Assembly: GCA_948766235.1 (NCBI GenBank)
Contig: CAQCFX010000004.1
Location: forward strand, 1,842-64,610
DNA length: 62,769 bases
Direction of reading: 5' to 3'
DNA from: an uncultured Oscillospiraceae bacterium
GTDB lineage: Bacteria > Bacillota > Clostridia > Oscillospirales > Oscillospiraceae
Shown here: positions 52,255 through 62,769 of the stretch, one piece after another
Layout of the letters: every line of letters begins with the position of its first letter
Position numbering within the stretch: the stretch's first letter is position 1
Translations under genes and position numbers: made by a program
The notes under the pieces: model-generated
The model's database searches: none
What the model saw: the letters and a program-made list of their open reading frames with translations, nothing else
Told to the model about the DNA's origin: nothing

Positions 52255-53214
52255 TCACAGTTTCCCCGCCATGGGGCAGGCGCAATAGTGGCCGGGGGCA
52301 ATCTCTTTCAGCTGGCAGTCCTGCCCGGCGCACTGCTCGCCGGCATAGGGACAGCGGGGGGCGAAGCGGCAGCCGGGCTTGGGCTCCACGGGGGAGGTCA
52401 GCTCGCCGGACAGCGCCTCGTTCTCCAGCCCCTGCTGGCCCAGGACGGGCGCGGGGATGGCGGAGAGCAGCGCCTTGGTGTAGGGGTGGGCCGGGTGGGC
52501 GAACAGCTCCGCGGAGGGCGCCCGCTCAATCATCTGCCCCAGGTACATCACGCCAATCTCATCGGAGATGTGCTTGACCACCGACAGATTGTGGGTGATA
52601 AACAGATAGGTCAGCCCCATCTGCTCCTGAAGGTCCATCAGCAGGTTGAGCACCTGGGCCTGGATGGACACGTCCAGGGCGGACACCGGCTCGTCGCACA
52701 CCACAAAGCTGGGGTTGAGGGACAAAGCCCGGGCGATGCCGATGCGCTGGCGGCGGCCGCCGTCCATCTCGTGGGGATACATGGTGGCGTACCGCTCGGA
52801 CAGGCCCACCGTCTTCATCAGCTCATAGGTGCGCGCCTCAATCTCCTGAGGCGTGGCGTACAGCTTGTGAAAGCGCAGCGGCTCGGAGATGGTCTGAAAC
52901 ACGGTCCGCCGGGGGTCCAGGGAGGCGTAGGGGTCCTGGAAGACAATCTGCATATTCCGCCGCAGCTCCATGGACTCCTTTTTTCCGCAGCCCAGGATGT
53001 TTTTCCCCCGGAACAGCACTTCGCCGGAGGTGGCGGGCAGCAAGCGCAGAATGGTGCGGCCCAGGGTGGACTTGCCGCAGCCCGACTCGCCCACAATGCC
53101 CAGGGTTTTGCCCGCGCCGATGGAAAAGCTCACGTCGTCCACCGCGTGGAGCTTGCCCCGGGGGGTGTCAAAGTATTTTTTCAGGTTCCTGCACTCTAAA
53201 ATGGGCTGGCTCAT
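52255..53214 (-). CDS. Oligopeptide-type ABC ATPase (OppF-like) with Cys-rich C-terminal domain
   Basis: [38 protein letters not shown]...C...CAC. Confidence 0.92.
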   Translation of the reverse strand: MSQPILECRNLKKYFDTPRGKLHAVDDVSFSIGAGKTLGIVGESGCGKSTLGRTILRLLPATSGEVLFRGKNILGCGKKESMELRRNMQIVFQDPYASLDPRRTVFQTISEPLRFHKLYATPQEIEARTYELMKTVGLSERYATMYPHEMDGGRRQRIGIARALSLNPSFVVCDEPVSALDVSIQAQVLNLLMDLQEQMGLTYLFITHNLSVVKHISDEIGVMYLGQMIERAPSAELFAHPAHPYTKALLSAIPAPVLGQQGLENEALSGELTSPVEPKPGCRFAPRCPYAGEQCAGQDCQLKEIAPGHYCACPMAGKL

Positions 53215-54254
53215 GTCCCCTCTCCCTCCTCTGCAAACAGGTGGCATTTAATTTGATGGCTGCCCTGCGCCCACAGGGGGGCGGAGACCTGCGTGACCTG
53301 CTCCTCCCCGTCCGGGCCGGTGGTCTCCACAGGGTAGGGGACGGTGCACTGCGGCGCGCAGCGGGGGCAGCGGGGATGGAACTTGCAGCCCTGGGGCAGG
53401 TCGGTGGGCTCGGGCATCAGCCCGTCGATGGGCTGAAGGCGGCGGCTGTCCACGTGGATGTTGGGGATGGAGCGGAACAGCCCCTCGGTGTAAGGGTGGT
53501 GCTTCCGGGCGGGGTCAAACAGGTCCTCCACTGTGCCGTACTCCACAATCTCCCCCGCGTACATGATGGCCACGTAATCGCAGATATTGGCCACCACCCC
53601 CAGGTCGTGGGTGATAAGCAGCATGGACGAGCCCAGCTCCCGGCGCAGCCGGCGCATCATATTGAGCACCTGGGCCTGGATGGTCACGTCCAGGGCGGTG
53701 GTGGGTTCGTCGGCGATGAGCAGCTCGGGGCTGCACGCGATGGCGATGGCAATCACCACCCGCTGCTTCATGCCACCGGAAAACTGGTGGGGATAGTCGC
53801 TCATGCGGAAGGCGGGAATGCCCACCATTTCCAGCAGGCGGCCAATCTCCCCGTCCAGGTCCCCGCCCTTTAAATCGGGCCGGTGCAGGCGGATTACCTC
53901 CGCAATCTGGTCCCGGACGGTGAGCACAGGGTTCAGGCTGGTCATGGGGTCCTGGAAAATCATAGAGATTTTACCGCCCCGGATGCTCCGCATCTGGGCC
54001 TCGCTTTTTTTCAGCAGGTCCTCCCCGTGGAAGAAAATCTCTCCCGCCGGAATTTTGGCCGTGTACTTGGGCAGCAGCTGAAGGATGGACAGGGCGGTGG
54101 TGGTTTTGCCCGCGCCGGTCTCGCCCACAATGCCCAGGGTCTTCCCCTTGGGGATGGTCAGGCTGACGTCGTTGACGGCGTGGACCACCTCGCCCTCCGT
54201 GACATATTGGATGGTCAGATTCCGAATCTCCAGCAGTTCGCGTTCATTTGCCAT
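53211..54254 (-). CDS. Oligopeptide-type ABC ATPase (OppD-like) with Cys-rich C-terminal domain
   Basis: [41 protein letters not shown]. Confidence 0.92.
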   Translation of the reverse strand: MANERELLEIRNLTIQYVTEGEVVHAVNDVSLTIPKGKTLGIVGETGAGKTTTALSILQLLPKYTAKIPAGEIFFHGEDLLKKSEAQMRSIRGGKISMIFQDPMTSLNPVLTVRDQIAEVIRLHRPDLKGGDLDGEIGRLLEMVGIPAFRMSDYPHQFSGGMKQRVVIAIAIACSPELLIADEPTTALDVTIQAQVLNMMRRLRRELGSSMLLITHDLGVVANICDYVAIMYAGEIVEYGTVEDLFDPARKHHPYTEGLFRSIPNIHVDSRRLQPIDGLMPEPTDLPQGCKFHPRCPRCAPQCTVPYPVETTGPDGEEQVTQVSAPLWAQGSHQIKCHLFAEEGEGT

Positions 54255-54266
54255 GGGTCACCCTCC

Positions 54267-55139
54267 TTATGCCTTCCCCTTGAGCCGGGGGTCAAGGGCG
54301 TCGCGCAGGCCGTCGCCAAACAGGTTAATCGCCAGCGCGGTAATGGTAATGAAAATGGTGGGGAAAATCACGATGTGCCCCGTGTACCGCAGAGAGGAGA
54401 TGCCGTCCGAGGCAATCTGGCCCCACTCCGGGGTGGGAATGGGAGCGCCCAGCCCCAGGAAGGAGAGCAGCGCGCCCATCAGAATGTTGCGGGCCACCTG
54501 CATGGTCGCCTGCACCAGAATGGTGTCCATGGCGTTGGGGATGATGTGGCCCAGGATAATCCGCGCGTCCCGCAGGCCCAGGGCACGCTCAGCCTCGATG
54601 TACTCCTGGTCCACCAGGTTGAGCACCGCCGAGCGGACCACCCGGGTAAAGCTGGCCAGCTGGCCGATGGCGATGGCGCAGATGAGCTGGACGATGCCGC
54701 TGCCAAAGCCCGCGGCGATGGCCAGGGCCAGCAGCACGCTGGGGATGGAGATGAGGATGTCGAAGGCGCGCATGAGCAGGCTGTCAAACCGCCCGCCGTA
54801 ATAGGCGGCGGCCGTGCCCAGAATCACCGCCGCCACGGTGGTGATGGCCGTGGTGCCAAAGCCCAGCAGCAGCGAAATGCGGCTGCCGTGGACGATTCGG
54901 GCGAACAGGTCCCGGCCCATGCCGTCGCAGCCAAACCAGTGCTGGGCGCTGGGCTTGGCCAGCTTGTCGGCGGCGGACTGGGTGATGGCGGCGCTGTAAT
55001 CCACAATCACGTCGGCAAACACCGCCATGAGAATCAGCAGCACGATGACCGCCATGGACACCATGGCCACCTTGTTTTTCTTTAAGCGGCGCCATGCCTC
55101 GGCATAGGCGCTGTTATTTTTTCCTCGTGCCTCAGCCAT
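54267..55139 (-). CDS. Oligopeptide-type ABC permease (OppC-like)
   Basis: HWFGCDGMGRD, EYIEAERALG, HIIPN, PEWG, GDGLRDALDPR. Confidence 0.92.
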   Translation of the reverse strand: MAEARGKNNSAYAEAWRRLKKNKVAMVSMAVIVLLILMAVFADVIVDYSAAITQSAADKLAKPSAQHWFGCDGMGRDLFARIVHGSRISLLLGFGTTAITTVAAVILGTAAAYYGGRFDSLLMRAFDILISIPSVLLALAIAAGFGSGIVQLICAIAIGQLASFTRVVRSAVLNLVDQEYIEAERALGLRDARIILGHIIPNAMDTILVQATMQVARNILMGALLSFLGLGAPIPTPEWGQIASDGISSLRYTGHIVIFPTIFITITALAINLFGDGLRDALDPRLKGKA

Positions 55140-56109
55140 TGCCCGCCGCCTCCTTTTTGTGTGCTTTGCGGCCCTTGCCGCCGGAATACTTGGCCCGAAT
55201 GCGGGGGTCTACCGCAGCGTACAGCAGGTCTACCACCAGCATAATCATCATGAAGGTAAAGGCCATGAGGGTGATGGCCCCGATCACCAGCGGCGCGTCG
55301 TTGCGGTTCAGCGCGTCCTGCACCAGCGTGCCCAGCCCGGGAATGACGAACACCTTCTCCATGGCCACCGCGCCGCCCAGCAGCGCGCCCATGGTGGTGC
55401 CGGAAATGGTGATGAGGGGCAGCAGCGCGTTGCGGAAGGCGTGGCGCCAGATGGTGGTGCGCTCGGCCACGCCCTTGGCCCGGGCGGTGCGGATATAGTC
55501 CTGCCGGGTGGTGTCCAGCATGGTGGAGCGGGTGAAGCGCAGAAATTGGGCGGAGTAGGAGATGCCCAGGGTGGCGGCGGGGAGAATCCAGCTCATCCAG
55601 CCGTTGGTGACGCCGCTGGCCGGCACCAGCTTGAGCTGGTAGGAAAACAGCAGCACCAGCAACGCCGCCATACAGAAGGTGGGCACCGCCGAGAGCAGCA
55701 TGGACGCCACCGTGGCCACCCGGTCCAGAATGGAATACTGCCGCACTGCCGACAGCACGCCCAGAGAGATGCCCACCAGCATGGCGATGCCCATGCTGAG
55801 CAGGGTGAGTATGATGGTGTAGGGCCACCGGCCCATGATGATTTTCATCACGGGCTCGTTATAGTAGTAGGACGTGCCGAAGTCGCCCCGGCAGATGCCC
55901 GCGATGTACTTTCCATAGCGCACCACCAGCGGGTCATAGAGGCCCAGCTCCTCGTTATAGGCGTATACGTCCTCCTCACTGGCGTCCGCGCCCAGCTTGT
56001 TGCGCCCCACGTCCACCCGGGACATGGACACCAGCGCAAACACAATGAAGATGATGACCAGCATCATGGGGATGATGCTCAGCAGTCGCTTGATGACAAA
56101 TTTAATCAT
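55132..56109 (-). CDS. Oligopeptide-type ABC permease (OppB-like)
   Basis: GDFGTSY, DYIRTARAKG, HAFRNA, PGLG, DLLYAAVDPRI. Confidence 0.92.
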   Translation of the reverse strand: MIKFVIKRLLSIIPMMLVIIFIVFALVSMSRVDVGRNKLGADASEEDVYAYNEELGLYDPLVVRYGKYIAGICRGDFGTSYYYNEPVMKIIMGRWPYTIILTLLSMGIAMLVGISLGVLSAVRQYSILDRVATVASMLLSAVPTFCMAALLVLLFSYQLKLVPASGVTNGWMSWILPAATLGISYSAQFLRFTRSTMLDTTRQDYIRTARAKGVAERTTIWRHAFRNALLPLITISGTTMGALLGGAVAMEKVFVIPGLGTLVQDALNRNDAPLVIGAITLMAFTFMMIMLVVDLLYAAVDPRIRAKYSGGKGRKAHKKEAAGNG

Positions 56110-56240
56110 ATGTTCTCTCCTATCGTCGGTTCAAAGGAGGCTTGGGCGCCGCCGGCCTTACGCTTCGCGGCAGAGCGCGGCGCGGGGACGGGAAAGCCCG
56201 ATTTCGCCCCCGCGCCGTCTCTCAGCCGCCTGAGACGCTC

Positions 56241-57833
56241 TCAGTCTGCCCAGGTCCAGTTGCAGATATAATCGCTCAGGATGCTGGGACACCAGGCCAT
56301 GCCCTGCAGGTGCTCCGAGCAGCCGTAGTTCATCATCTGATAGGCGATGGGGACATACATACACGTCTCGCCCACCTGAGTGCTGATGTCCTCATAGATG
56401 GCGATACGCTTGGCGTCATCATAGGTGGAGCCGGCCTCCTCAATCATTGCCTCGATGTTCTCGATGGTGTTGTTGCGCCCCACATAGCCGGCGGGCTTAT
56501 AATACAGCTTATAGAACAAAGGCGCGTTGTAGGGAATGCTGGCCAGGTTCCAGGCGCAGGCCTCGATGTCCCCGGCGAACAGGGCGGTCTTCACCGCGCC
56601 GCCCTCCATAGAGTTCAGCGTCACGTCCACGCCGATGGCGCTCATAGCCTCCTTGAAGGCCGCGCCCAGGGCGGGGCCGTAGCCGATGGTGGACACGGTG
56701 AGGGTGAAGGACATCTCCTCCGGGCTCAGGCCGGACAGGGCCAGTTCCTCCTTGGCCTTCTCAATGCTGTACTCATAGGAGGGGATGGCGTCACAGTAGC
56801 CCTCCTCCCCCACGCTGAGCATGGTATTCTTCTCCACCGGGGTGGCCAGGTCGTTCCACACCAGGGTGCACCAGGACTCCTTGTCGATGGCGTAGGCGAT
56901 GGCCTTGCGGAAGTGCTCGTTGTTGAGGGGGGCCTCCGCCTGGTTAAAGGCGATGAAGTAGGCGGCGTTGCGCTGGAAGGAGTGAACGGTCATGCCGTCG
57001 GCGTTCTTCACGTAGTCCACGTCCAGGGCGGTGGTCACCTGGTCCAGGTCGATTTCGCCGTTGAGCAGGGCGGTGAGCGCGGTGTTGTTGTCGGGAATCA
57101 GCTTGTAGTTCACCGTCTCAAAGTAGGGCTCTCCGCCCCAGTAGTCCTTGTTGGACTCCAGGGTCACGCCCACGCCGGTGGTGTTGGACACGAACTTGTA
57201 CGCGCCGGTGCCGATGAGCATTTTTTCATTGTCGTCGCCGTTGGCCTCCACCACGCTCTTGCTGACGATGCACCAGGGATAGGAGGCCAGCTGAAGGATG
57301 AAGTTGGGGTAGGAGTATTCCAGCGTGATTTTCACCGTGTGCTCGTCAATGGCCTCGGCGCTCTTGATGACCGCGGCCTTGCTCTTGGTGGTGGGCATCT
57401 CCTTGGCGCGGTTCATGGTGAACACCACGTCCTCGGCAGTGAAGTCGCTGCCGTCATGCCATTTGACGCCCTGTCGCAGATTAAACACATACTCCAGGCC
57501 GTCGTCGCTGATGGTCCAGTCGGTGGCCAGCAGGGGCACGGCCTCAAATTTGGTGCCGTTGAACTTCACCAAGCCCTCGAAAATCTGCACAAACATGCAG
57601 TATTCCTCGTTGACGGTGGTGACCTGGGGGTCCAGGGAAGTGATGTCGCTGGTGATGCGCAGATTCAGCGTGGGATGGGTCTTTTCCGCGGGTTCGTTGG
57701 ATCCGGAGTCCGTGCTCAGGGCGGGGTCCTTGCTGGCGCCGGGGTCCGCGCTGGGCGTGGTGCCGCCGGTGCATCCGGCCAGCAGGCTCAGGCACATGGC
57801 CAGCGCCATGAGCAGGGAGACTGTCTTTTTCAT
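56241..57833 (-). CDS. Family 5 ABC substrate-binding lipoprotein (OppA/DppA-like)
   Basis: Start MKKTV after AGGAGG, lipobox LAGC, LDPQ, YVFNLRQGVKWHDG, GTGAY, FRKAIAYAID. Confidence 0.92.
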   Translation of the reverse strand: MKKTVSLLMALAMCLSLLAGCTGGTTPSADPGASKDPALSTDSGSNEPAEKTHPTLNLRITSDITSLDPQVTTVNEEYCMFVQIFEGLVKFNGTKFEAVPLLATDWTISDDGLEYVFNLRQGVKWHDGSDFTAEDVVFTMNRAKEMPTTKSKAAVIKSAEAIDEHTVKITLEYSYPNFILQLASYPWCIVSKSVVEANGDDNEKMLIGTGAYKFVSNTTGVGVTLESNKDYWGGEPYFETVNYKLIPDNNTALTALLNGEIDLDQVTTALDVDYVKNADGMTVHSFQRNAAYFIAFNQAEAPLNNEHFRKAIAYAIDKESWCTLVWNDLATPVEKNTMLSVGEEGYCDAIPSYEYSIEKAKEELALSGLSPEEMSFTLTVSTIGYGPALGAAFKEAMSAIGVDVTLNSMEGGAVKTALFAGDIEACAWNLASIPYNAPLFYKLYYKPAGYVGRNNTIENIEAMIEEAGSTYDDAKRIAIYEDISTQVGETCMYVPIAYQMMNYGCSEHLQGMAWCPSILSDYICNWTWAD

Positions 57834-57902
57834 TTCAGTACCTCCTAAAATAATTTTCACAGAGCCGTTCGACCGCTGCATCCGGCTCTGCCTTGTATAT
57901 AT

Positions 57903-57918
57903 AGCAATTATCATGCCA
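57903..57918 (-). promoter_or_regulatory. sigma54 (-24/-12) promoter of the catabolic operon
   Basis: TGGCAT-GATAA-TTGCT; GG and GC 12 nt apart; adjacent to a sigma54 activator gene. Confidence 0.88.
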
Positions 57919-57967
57919 AATTCTCGAGAAAAGCAACCGTCGTTTTTCAACGTTTTTCCCATATTCC

Positions 57968-58037
57968 CGTGCCTTTTTTGGCGCACGCAGAAAATAATAT
58001 GTGCCGCATCTGGCACTGAGCCAAATACGGCACATAT
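57968..58037. promoter_or_regulatory. Candidate upstream activator sequences for the sigma54 activator
   Basis: Three palindromes CGTGCC-N6-GGCGCA (57968), TGTGCC-N6-GGCACT (58000), TGAGCC-N6-GGCACA (58017). Confidence 0.75.
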
Positions 58038-59611
58038 CAATCCAGTGGAATTTGATACTGCTGAACTTTTCGATAAAAGGTTCGGCGGGAAATGCCCAGG
58101 CTGTCCGCCGCCGCCTGCCTGTTGTTTTGGTGGTTCTTCAGCGCGGCGCGAATCACCTGCTCCTCACACTGGGCCACCGCGTCCTCCAGACGGGTGGGCC
58201 ATGGGCACTCCGAGGGCGCGGCCTCAAGCGCCTGCCGCCTCCCCCCCTGGTGCAGGCTGCTGGGCAGGTCCTCGGGCAGGATATATTCCCGGCTGCACAG
58301 CACCACGCAGCTCTCCAAAATATTTTGCAGCTCCCGAATGTTCCCCGGCCAGCTGTAGCGCAGCAGCAGGCGGTAGCCCTCCTCGGTGAGGCGCACGCTC
58401 TTGCGGTACTTTTGGTTATACTGCTCCAGATAGTGGGCGGCCAGCAGCACTACATCGTGCCCCCGCTCCCGCAAGGGCGGAATCACAATGGGCACCACGT
58501 TCAGCCGGTAGAATAAATCCTGGCGGAACTGCCCCTCCTCAATCATCTGCTCCAGGGGGCGGTTGGTGCCCGCCACCAGCCGCACGTCCACCTTAATGGA
58601 GCGCTGCCGCCCCACCTTTTCAATCTCTCCCTCCTGGAGAACGCGCAGCAGCTTGGCCTGCATGGCGTAGGGCATATCCCCAATCTCGTCCAGAAACAGG
58701 GTGCCCCCCTCTGCCAGCTGAAACTTGCCCAGCTGACCGCCCCGCCGGGCGCCGGTGAACGAGCCCTCCTCATAGCCGAACAGCTCGCTCTCAATCAGGC
58801 TCTCCGGAATGGCCGCGCAGTTCACCGCGATGAAGGGCTTGTCCTTCCGGGCGCTGTTTTGGTGAATCAGCCGGGCAAACACCTCCTTGCCCGTGCCGCT
58901 CTCCCCCCGGAGCAGCACCGTGGCGTCCGTTGCCGCCACCGCCGTGGCCTTTACCACGCTGGACAGAAAGGGCCGGCACTCCCCGATGATATTGCTCTGC
59001 TTCAGCAGGGTCTGGGCCTCAATCTGCCGGTTATACTCCGCCGCCATCTGGGACGCCCGCTCCAGCTCCAGGCTGAGCTGGTTAAACTCGGTGGTGTCCC
59101 GGAAAATGGAGGCCGCCCCCAGCATCCTTCCCCCGGCCTCCAGGGGGAAGGTTTTAATCTGAACGTAGTGCTGCACGCTTTCGATGAGCACGCCGTCCTT
59201 GGTAATGGCCTGTCCCGACTGAAGGGTTTTGAGCAGCGTGGCCCCCGCCTCGATGTCGAACATATTCTGCCCCAGCACCGCGCCCACCGGCACGTTCAGC
59301 AGCTGGGCATAGGCCGGGTTGATGTAAAAAATCACCCCGTTCATGTCCACCGCCACCACCGCGTCCGTCAGCTCGTCCAGCATGGGGGCCAGGGGAATCT
59401 TCCGCCAAATCTCCAGCGCCATGCGCAGCCGCCGGGCCGAGCCCACGCCCACGCAGCCGCCCTCGCCGTCCACCGCCCGAAAGCGCTCCACCCCCAGAGG
59501 AATGTCCTCCGGCCGCACGTCGTACAGCCCCCTCCCGGCGGGCAGCGTAAAGCCCCCCTCCAGCTGCGTCCAGGCGGAATTCACAATATCTTTAATCTGC
59601 ATTTTCGACAT
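58037..59611 (-). CDS. sigma54-dependent enhancer-binding transcriptional activator (PAS-AAA+-Fis HTH)
   Basis: PAS region, [50 protein letters not shown]-terminal HTH. Confidence 0.95.
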   Translation of the reverse strand: MSKMQIKDIVNSAWTQLEGGFTLPAGRGLYDVRPEDIPLGVERFRAVDGEGGCVGVGSARRLRMALEIWRKIPLAPMLDELTDAVVAVDMNGVIFYINPAYAQLLNVPVGAVLGQNMFDIEAGATLLKTLQSGQAITKDGVLIESVQHYVQIKTFPLEAGGRMLGAASIFRDTTEFNQLSLELERASQMAAEYNRQIEAQTLLKQSNIIGECRPFLSSVVKATAVAATDATVLLRGESGTGKEVFARLIHQNSARKDKPFIAVNCAAIPESLIESELFGYEEGSFTGARRGGQLGKFQLAEGGTLFLDEIGDMPYAMQAKLLRVLQEGEIEKVGRQRSIKVDVRLVAGTNRPLEQMIEEGQFRQDLFYRLNVVPIVIPPLRERGHDVVLLAAHYLEQYNQKYRKSVRLTEEGYRLLLRYSWPGNIRELQNILESCVVLCSREYILPEDLPSSLHQGGRRQALEAAPSECPWPTRLEDAVAQCEEQVIRAALKNHQNNRQAAADSLGISRRTFYRKVQQYQIPLD

Positions 59612-59684
59612 GGCGACCCTCCGCTTTTGCCGCGATACGTTTCGGCGCCCAGCCCCACAGGGGACCGGGCGCCGGCCTTTTCTC

Positions 59685-61370
59685 TTATTCCGCGGAAATC
59701 ATATAGTAGTACACCGGCTGACCCCCGGCCAGCAGGGTAATCTCGGCGTTGGGGCACTCCCGCTGGAAAATCGCCAGCGCCTCGCCGGCCTGCTCCTCGG
59801 TTACGTCCTCGCCGTAGAAAATACTGATGAACTCCGCCTGCTGCTGGCTGTCCGCCTGGGCCAAACGCTCCAGCAGAGCGCCGATGGCCTGGTCCGTGTC
59901 GAACAGCTGCCCGTCCGCCAGGGCCATGTAGTCCCCCTCGTGGATTTCAAAGCCGTCGAAGTCGGAATCCCGGGCGGCATAGGTGATTTCGGAAGTGCGC
60001 ACGTTTTTCCGGGCCTCCTCCATGGCGGCGGCGTTGGCGTCCGTCTCCCCCTCGGGGTCCAGCACCAGCATGGCCGCGATGCCCTGGGGCACCGTGCGGG
60101 TGGGCACCACTACAATCTCCCTGCCGTCCACCAGCCCCACGCACTGCTCGGCGGCCATGATGATATTTTTGTTGTTGGGCAGCACAAACACCACCTCGGC
60201 GGGGGTGCGGGCAATCTCCCGCAGAATGTCCTCGGTGGAGGGGTTCATGGTCTGACCGCCAGAGATAACGCCGTCCACCCCCAGGTCCTTGAACACGCTG
60301 GCCATGCCCTCGCCCGCGCTCACCGCCACCACGCCGAACTTCTTCTCCGGCGCGGCGATGGCGTTGGCCTGGTCCTCCTGGGCCTCCAGCTCGGCCTCGA
60401 TCTGCTCCAAATCGTCGGTGCTCTGGGGCTTTTTGCCCGCGGCCATGTCCTCGTACTGGGTGCGCATATTTTCAATCTTGGCCAGCTCCAGCGTGCCGTA
60501 CTTCTGGGCCTCGCTCAGCGCCGCGCCGGGGATATCGGTGTGGACGTGGACCTTGAACGCCTCGTCGTCCTCGCCAATCACCAGGCTGTCGCCAATGCTG
60601 TTGAGGTAGGCCCGGAAGGGCTCGATGGATTTGTTGCCCGTCTTGCGGACGATAAAAACGGTGTCAAAGGTGAAGGTGATCTCCTCATCGGTGAGGGCGG
60701 CAAAGTCCGCCGCCTCCTTCACCGGCAGACCGTCCTCCTGGCCGGCGGGCGCTTCCACCCCCCGCAGCTCGTCCAGCATTCCCTGGAGAATAATCAGGAA
60801 GCCCTTGCCTCCCGCGTCCACCACGCCGGCCTTTTTCAGCACCGGGTTCTGATTCACCGTGTCCGCCAGGGCGATCTGCCCCTCGGCAATGGCGGCCTCC
60901 AGCACCGCCTCCACGCTGTTCTCCCGCTCCGCCGTCTCCGCCGCCTTTACAGCAGCCAGGCGGGACACGGTGAGGATGGTGCCCTCGGCGGGCTTCATCA
61001 CCGCTTTGTAGGCGGCAGTCACGCCCTCGCCCAAGGCCGCGGCGAAAATGGCGCCGTCGGCCCGCTCGTGCTCCTTCAGCGCCTTGGACATCCCCCGAAA
61101 CAGCAGGGACAAAATCACCCCGGAATTGCCCCGGGCCCCCCGCAGCAGGGCGGAGGCGTTGATGGACGCGGCCTGCCCGATGGCGGCGGCGGGCTTCTTC
61201 TTCGCCTCGGCCGCGGCGGTACCGATGGTCAGGGACATATTGGTGCCGGTGTCCCCATCCGGGACGGGGAACACGTTGAGCTCGTTGATGGCCTGCTTCT
61301 GGGCGTTGATGGAGGCGGAGGCGTGGATTACCATGCGCTGAAACAGCGCGCCGTCAATGATATCTATCAT
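59685..61370 (-). CDS. fakA: DAK2-domain fatty acid kinase catalytic subunit (FakA/YloV)
   Basis: [61 protein letters not shown]. Confidence 0.92.
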   Translation of the reverse strand: MIDIIDGALFQRMVIHASASINAQKQAINELNVFPVPDGDTGTNMSLTIGTAAAEAKKKPAAAIGQAASINASALLRGARGNSGVILSLLFRGMSKALKEHERADGAIFAAALGEGVTAAYKAVMKPAEGTILTVSRLAAVKAAETAERENSVEAVLEAAIAEGQIALADTVNQNPVLKKAGVVDAGGKGFLIILQGMLDELRGVEAPAGQEDGLPVKEAADFAALTDEEITFTFDTVFIVRKTGNKSIEPFRAYLNSIGDSLVIGEDDEAFKVHVHTDIPGAALSEAQKYGTLELAKIENMRTQYEDMAAGKKPQSTDDLEQIEAELEAQEDQANAIAAPEKKFGVVAVSAGEGMASVFKDLGVDGVISGGQTMNPSTEDILREIARTPAEVVFVLPNNKNIIMAAEQCVGLVDGREIVVVPTRTVPQGIAAMLVLDPEGETDANAAAMEEARKNVRTSEITYAARDSDFDGFEIHEGDYMALADGQLFDTDQAIGALLERLAQADSQQQAEFISIFYGEDVTEEQAGEALAIFQRECPNAEITLLAGGQPVYYYMISAE

Positions 61371-61401
61371 GTTCGGATTATCCTCTCTTTCTGGGCCGGG
61401 T

Positions 61402-61752
61402 TTAACCGATCACCATAGAATCAACGCAGACGTTCACGCTGCGCACCTCCACCCCGGTCAGGCGGTGGACGTTATATTTCACTTCGCTCTGGATGGAACG
61501 GCCCACGGCTACCAGATTGACGCCGTTGTCCACAATAATGTGCAGGTCAATGGAGATGGACTGGTCGTCGTTATAGATAATTTTCACGCCCTTGGACATG
61601 GACTCCCTGCGCAGCAGGTGGACCAATCCGTCCGTCTTGGAGCGGAAGGCCATGCCCTTCACCCCATAGCAGCTGGTGGCCACCGCGCCGGTGAGGTTGG
61701 AAAACACGTCGCTGGTGAGCTGGACGCGGCCCTTTTCGGTTTGTATCTTCAT
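61402..61752 (-). CDS. yloU: Asp23/Gls24 family envelope stress protein (YloU)
   Basis: CYGVKGMA, LLRRESMSKGV, IDLHIIV..GVN; conserved position upstream of fakA. Confidence 0.88.
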   Translation of the reverse strand: MKIQTEKGRVQLTSDVFSNLTGAVATSCYGVKGMAFRSKTDGLVHLLRRESMSKGVKIIYNDDQSISIDLHIIVDNGVNLVAVGRSIQSEVKYNVHRLTGVEVRSVNVCVDSMVIG

Positions 61753-61840
61753 GGGATTCCTTCCTTTCTTGGAACCTGGTTGGTGCGTTAAAGGCAGGCC
61801 GCCCTTGGGCCGGCCTGGAATGGTTTTCGCTTGTTTCTAT

Positions 61841-61869
61841 ATTGTATTCTATTTTGGCTGAAAATACAA
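61841..61869 (-). promoter_or_regulatory. Candidate sigmaA promoter of yloU-fakA
   Basis: TTGTAT-17nt-TACAAT. Confidence 0.5.
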
Positions 61870-61943
61870 GTACTGTTTTGTGTTTCCTCTCCGGCCGAAA
61901 TGAGAATCTTTTTCTTCCCTCCGCCTGTGCGCTGTTCTGCGGC

Positions 61944-61978
61944 AAAAAGCGCCCGGCGGTTATGCCGCCGGACGCTTT
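61944..61978 (-). terminator. Intrinsic terminator of eno
   Basis: AGCGTCCGGCGG-loop-CCGCCGGGCGCT followed by a U-tract on the minus strand. Confidence 0.75.
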
Positions 61979-62000
61979 GCGCGTTTTATTCCAATGTGGC

Positions 62001-62768
<768 letters not shown>

Positions 62769-62769
62769 G

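Noticed and set aside
46966..59611. Catabolic locus as an active mobile element
   Set aside because: No integrase, transposase, tRNA target or flanking direct repeats; GC similar to the host
61753..62000. rpmB (L28) in its usual place next to yloU
   Set aside because: Only a chance FCGKK-like stretch overlapping the eno terminator; no ORF with start and RBS

Overview
High-GC chromosomal segment from an endospore-forming Clostridia-class bacterium. The gene set and protein style suggest Oscillospiraceae (inference). It holds about 52 CDS and no rRNA, tRNA, CRISPR array, transposase or phage gene that I can support. Housekeeping content: rpoB-rpoC (rpoC has a 1-nt frameshift in a C-run just before the catalytic NADFDGD motif, probably a sequencing error), cdd, mntP, bioY with a BirA operator, an msmX/malK-type ATPase, rlmD-queH, spoIIP, yloU-fakA and the 3' part of eno. 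Two near-perfect parS sites and one weaker one suggest the region is close to oriC. Most notable: (1) a 12.6-kb sigma54-controlled catabolic locus (activator, Opp-type ABC importer, BKACE, cyclase-family hydrolase, thiolase, HMG-CoA-lyase-like enzyme and a family-I CoA-transferase homolog lacking the catalytic Glu), with its -24/-12 promoter and three candidate enhancer palindromes visible; (2) an msmX 5' leader whose strong Shine-Dalgarno is 113 nt from the start codon but about 9 nt away if an intervening multi-hairpin RNA folds; (3) an antisense promoter plus terminator inside the rpoB leader; (4) a candidate leader-peptide attenuator before a uridine-kinase-like gene; (5) a degenerate tandem duplication of a structural module inside RNAP beta'. 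All product calls rest on motif recognition, not database searches.
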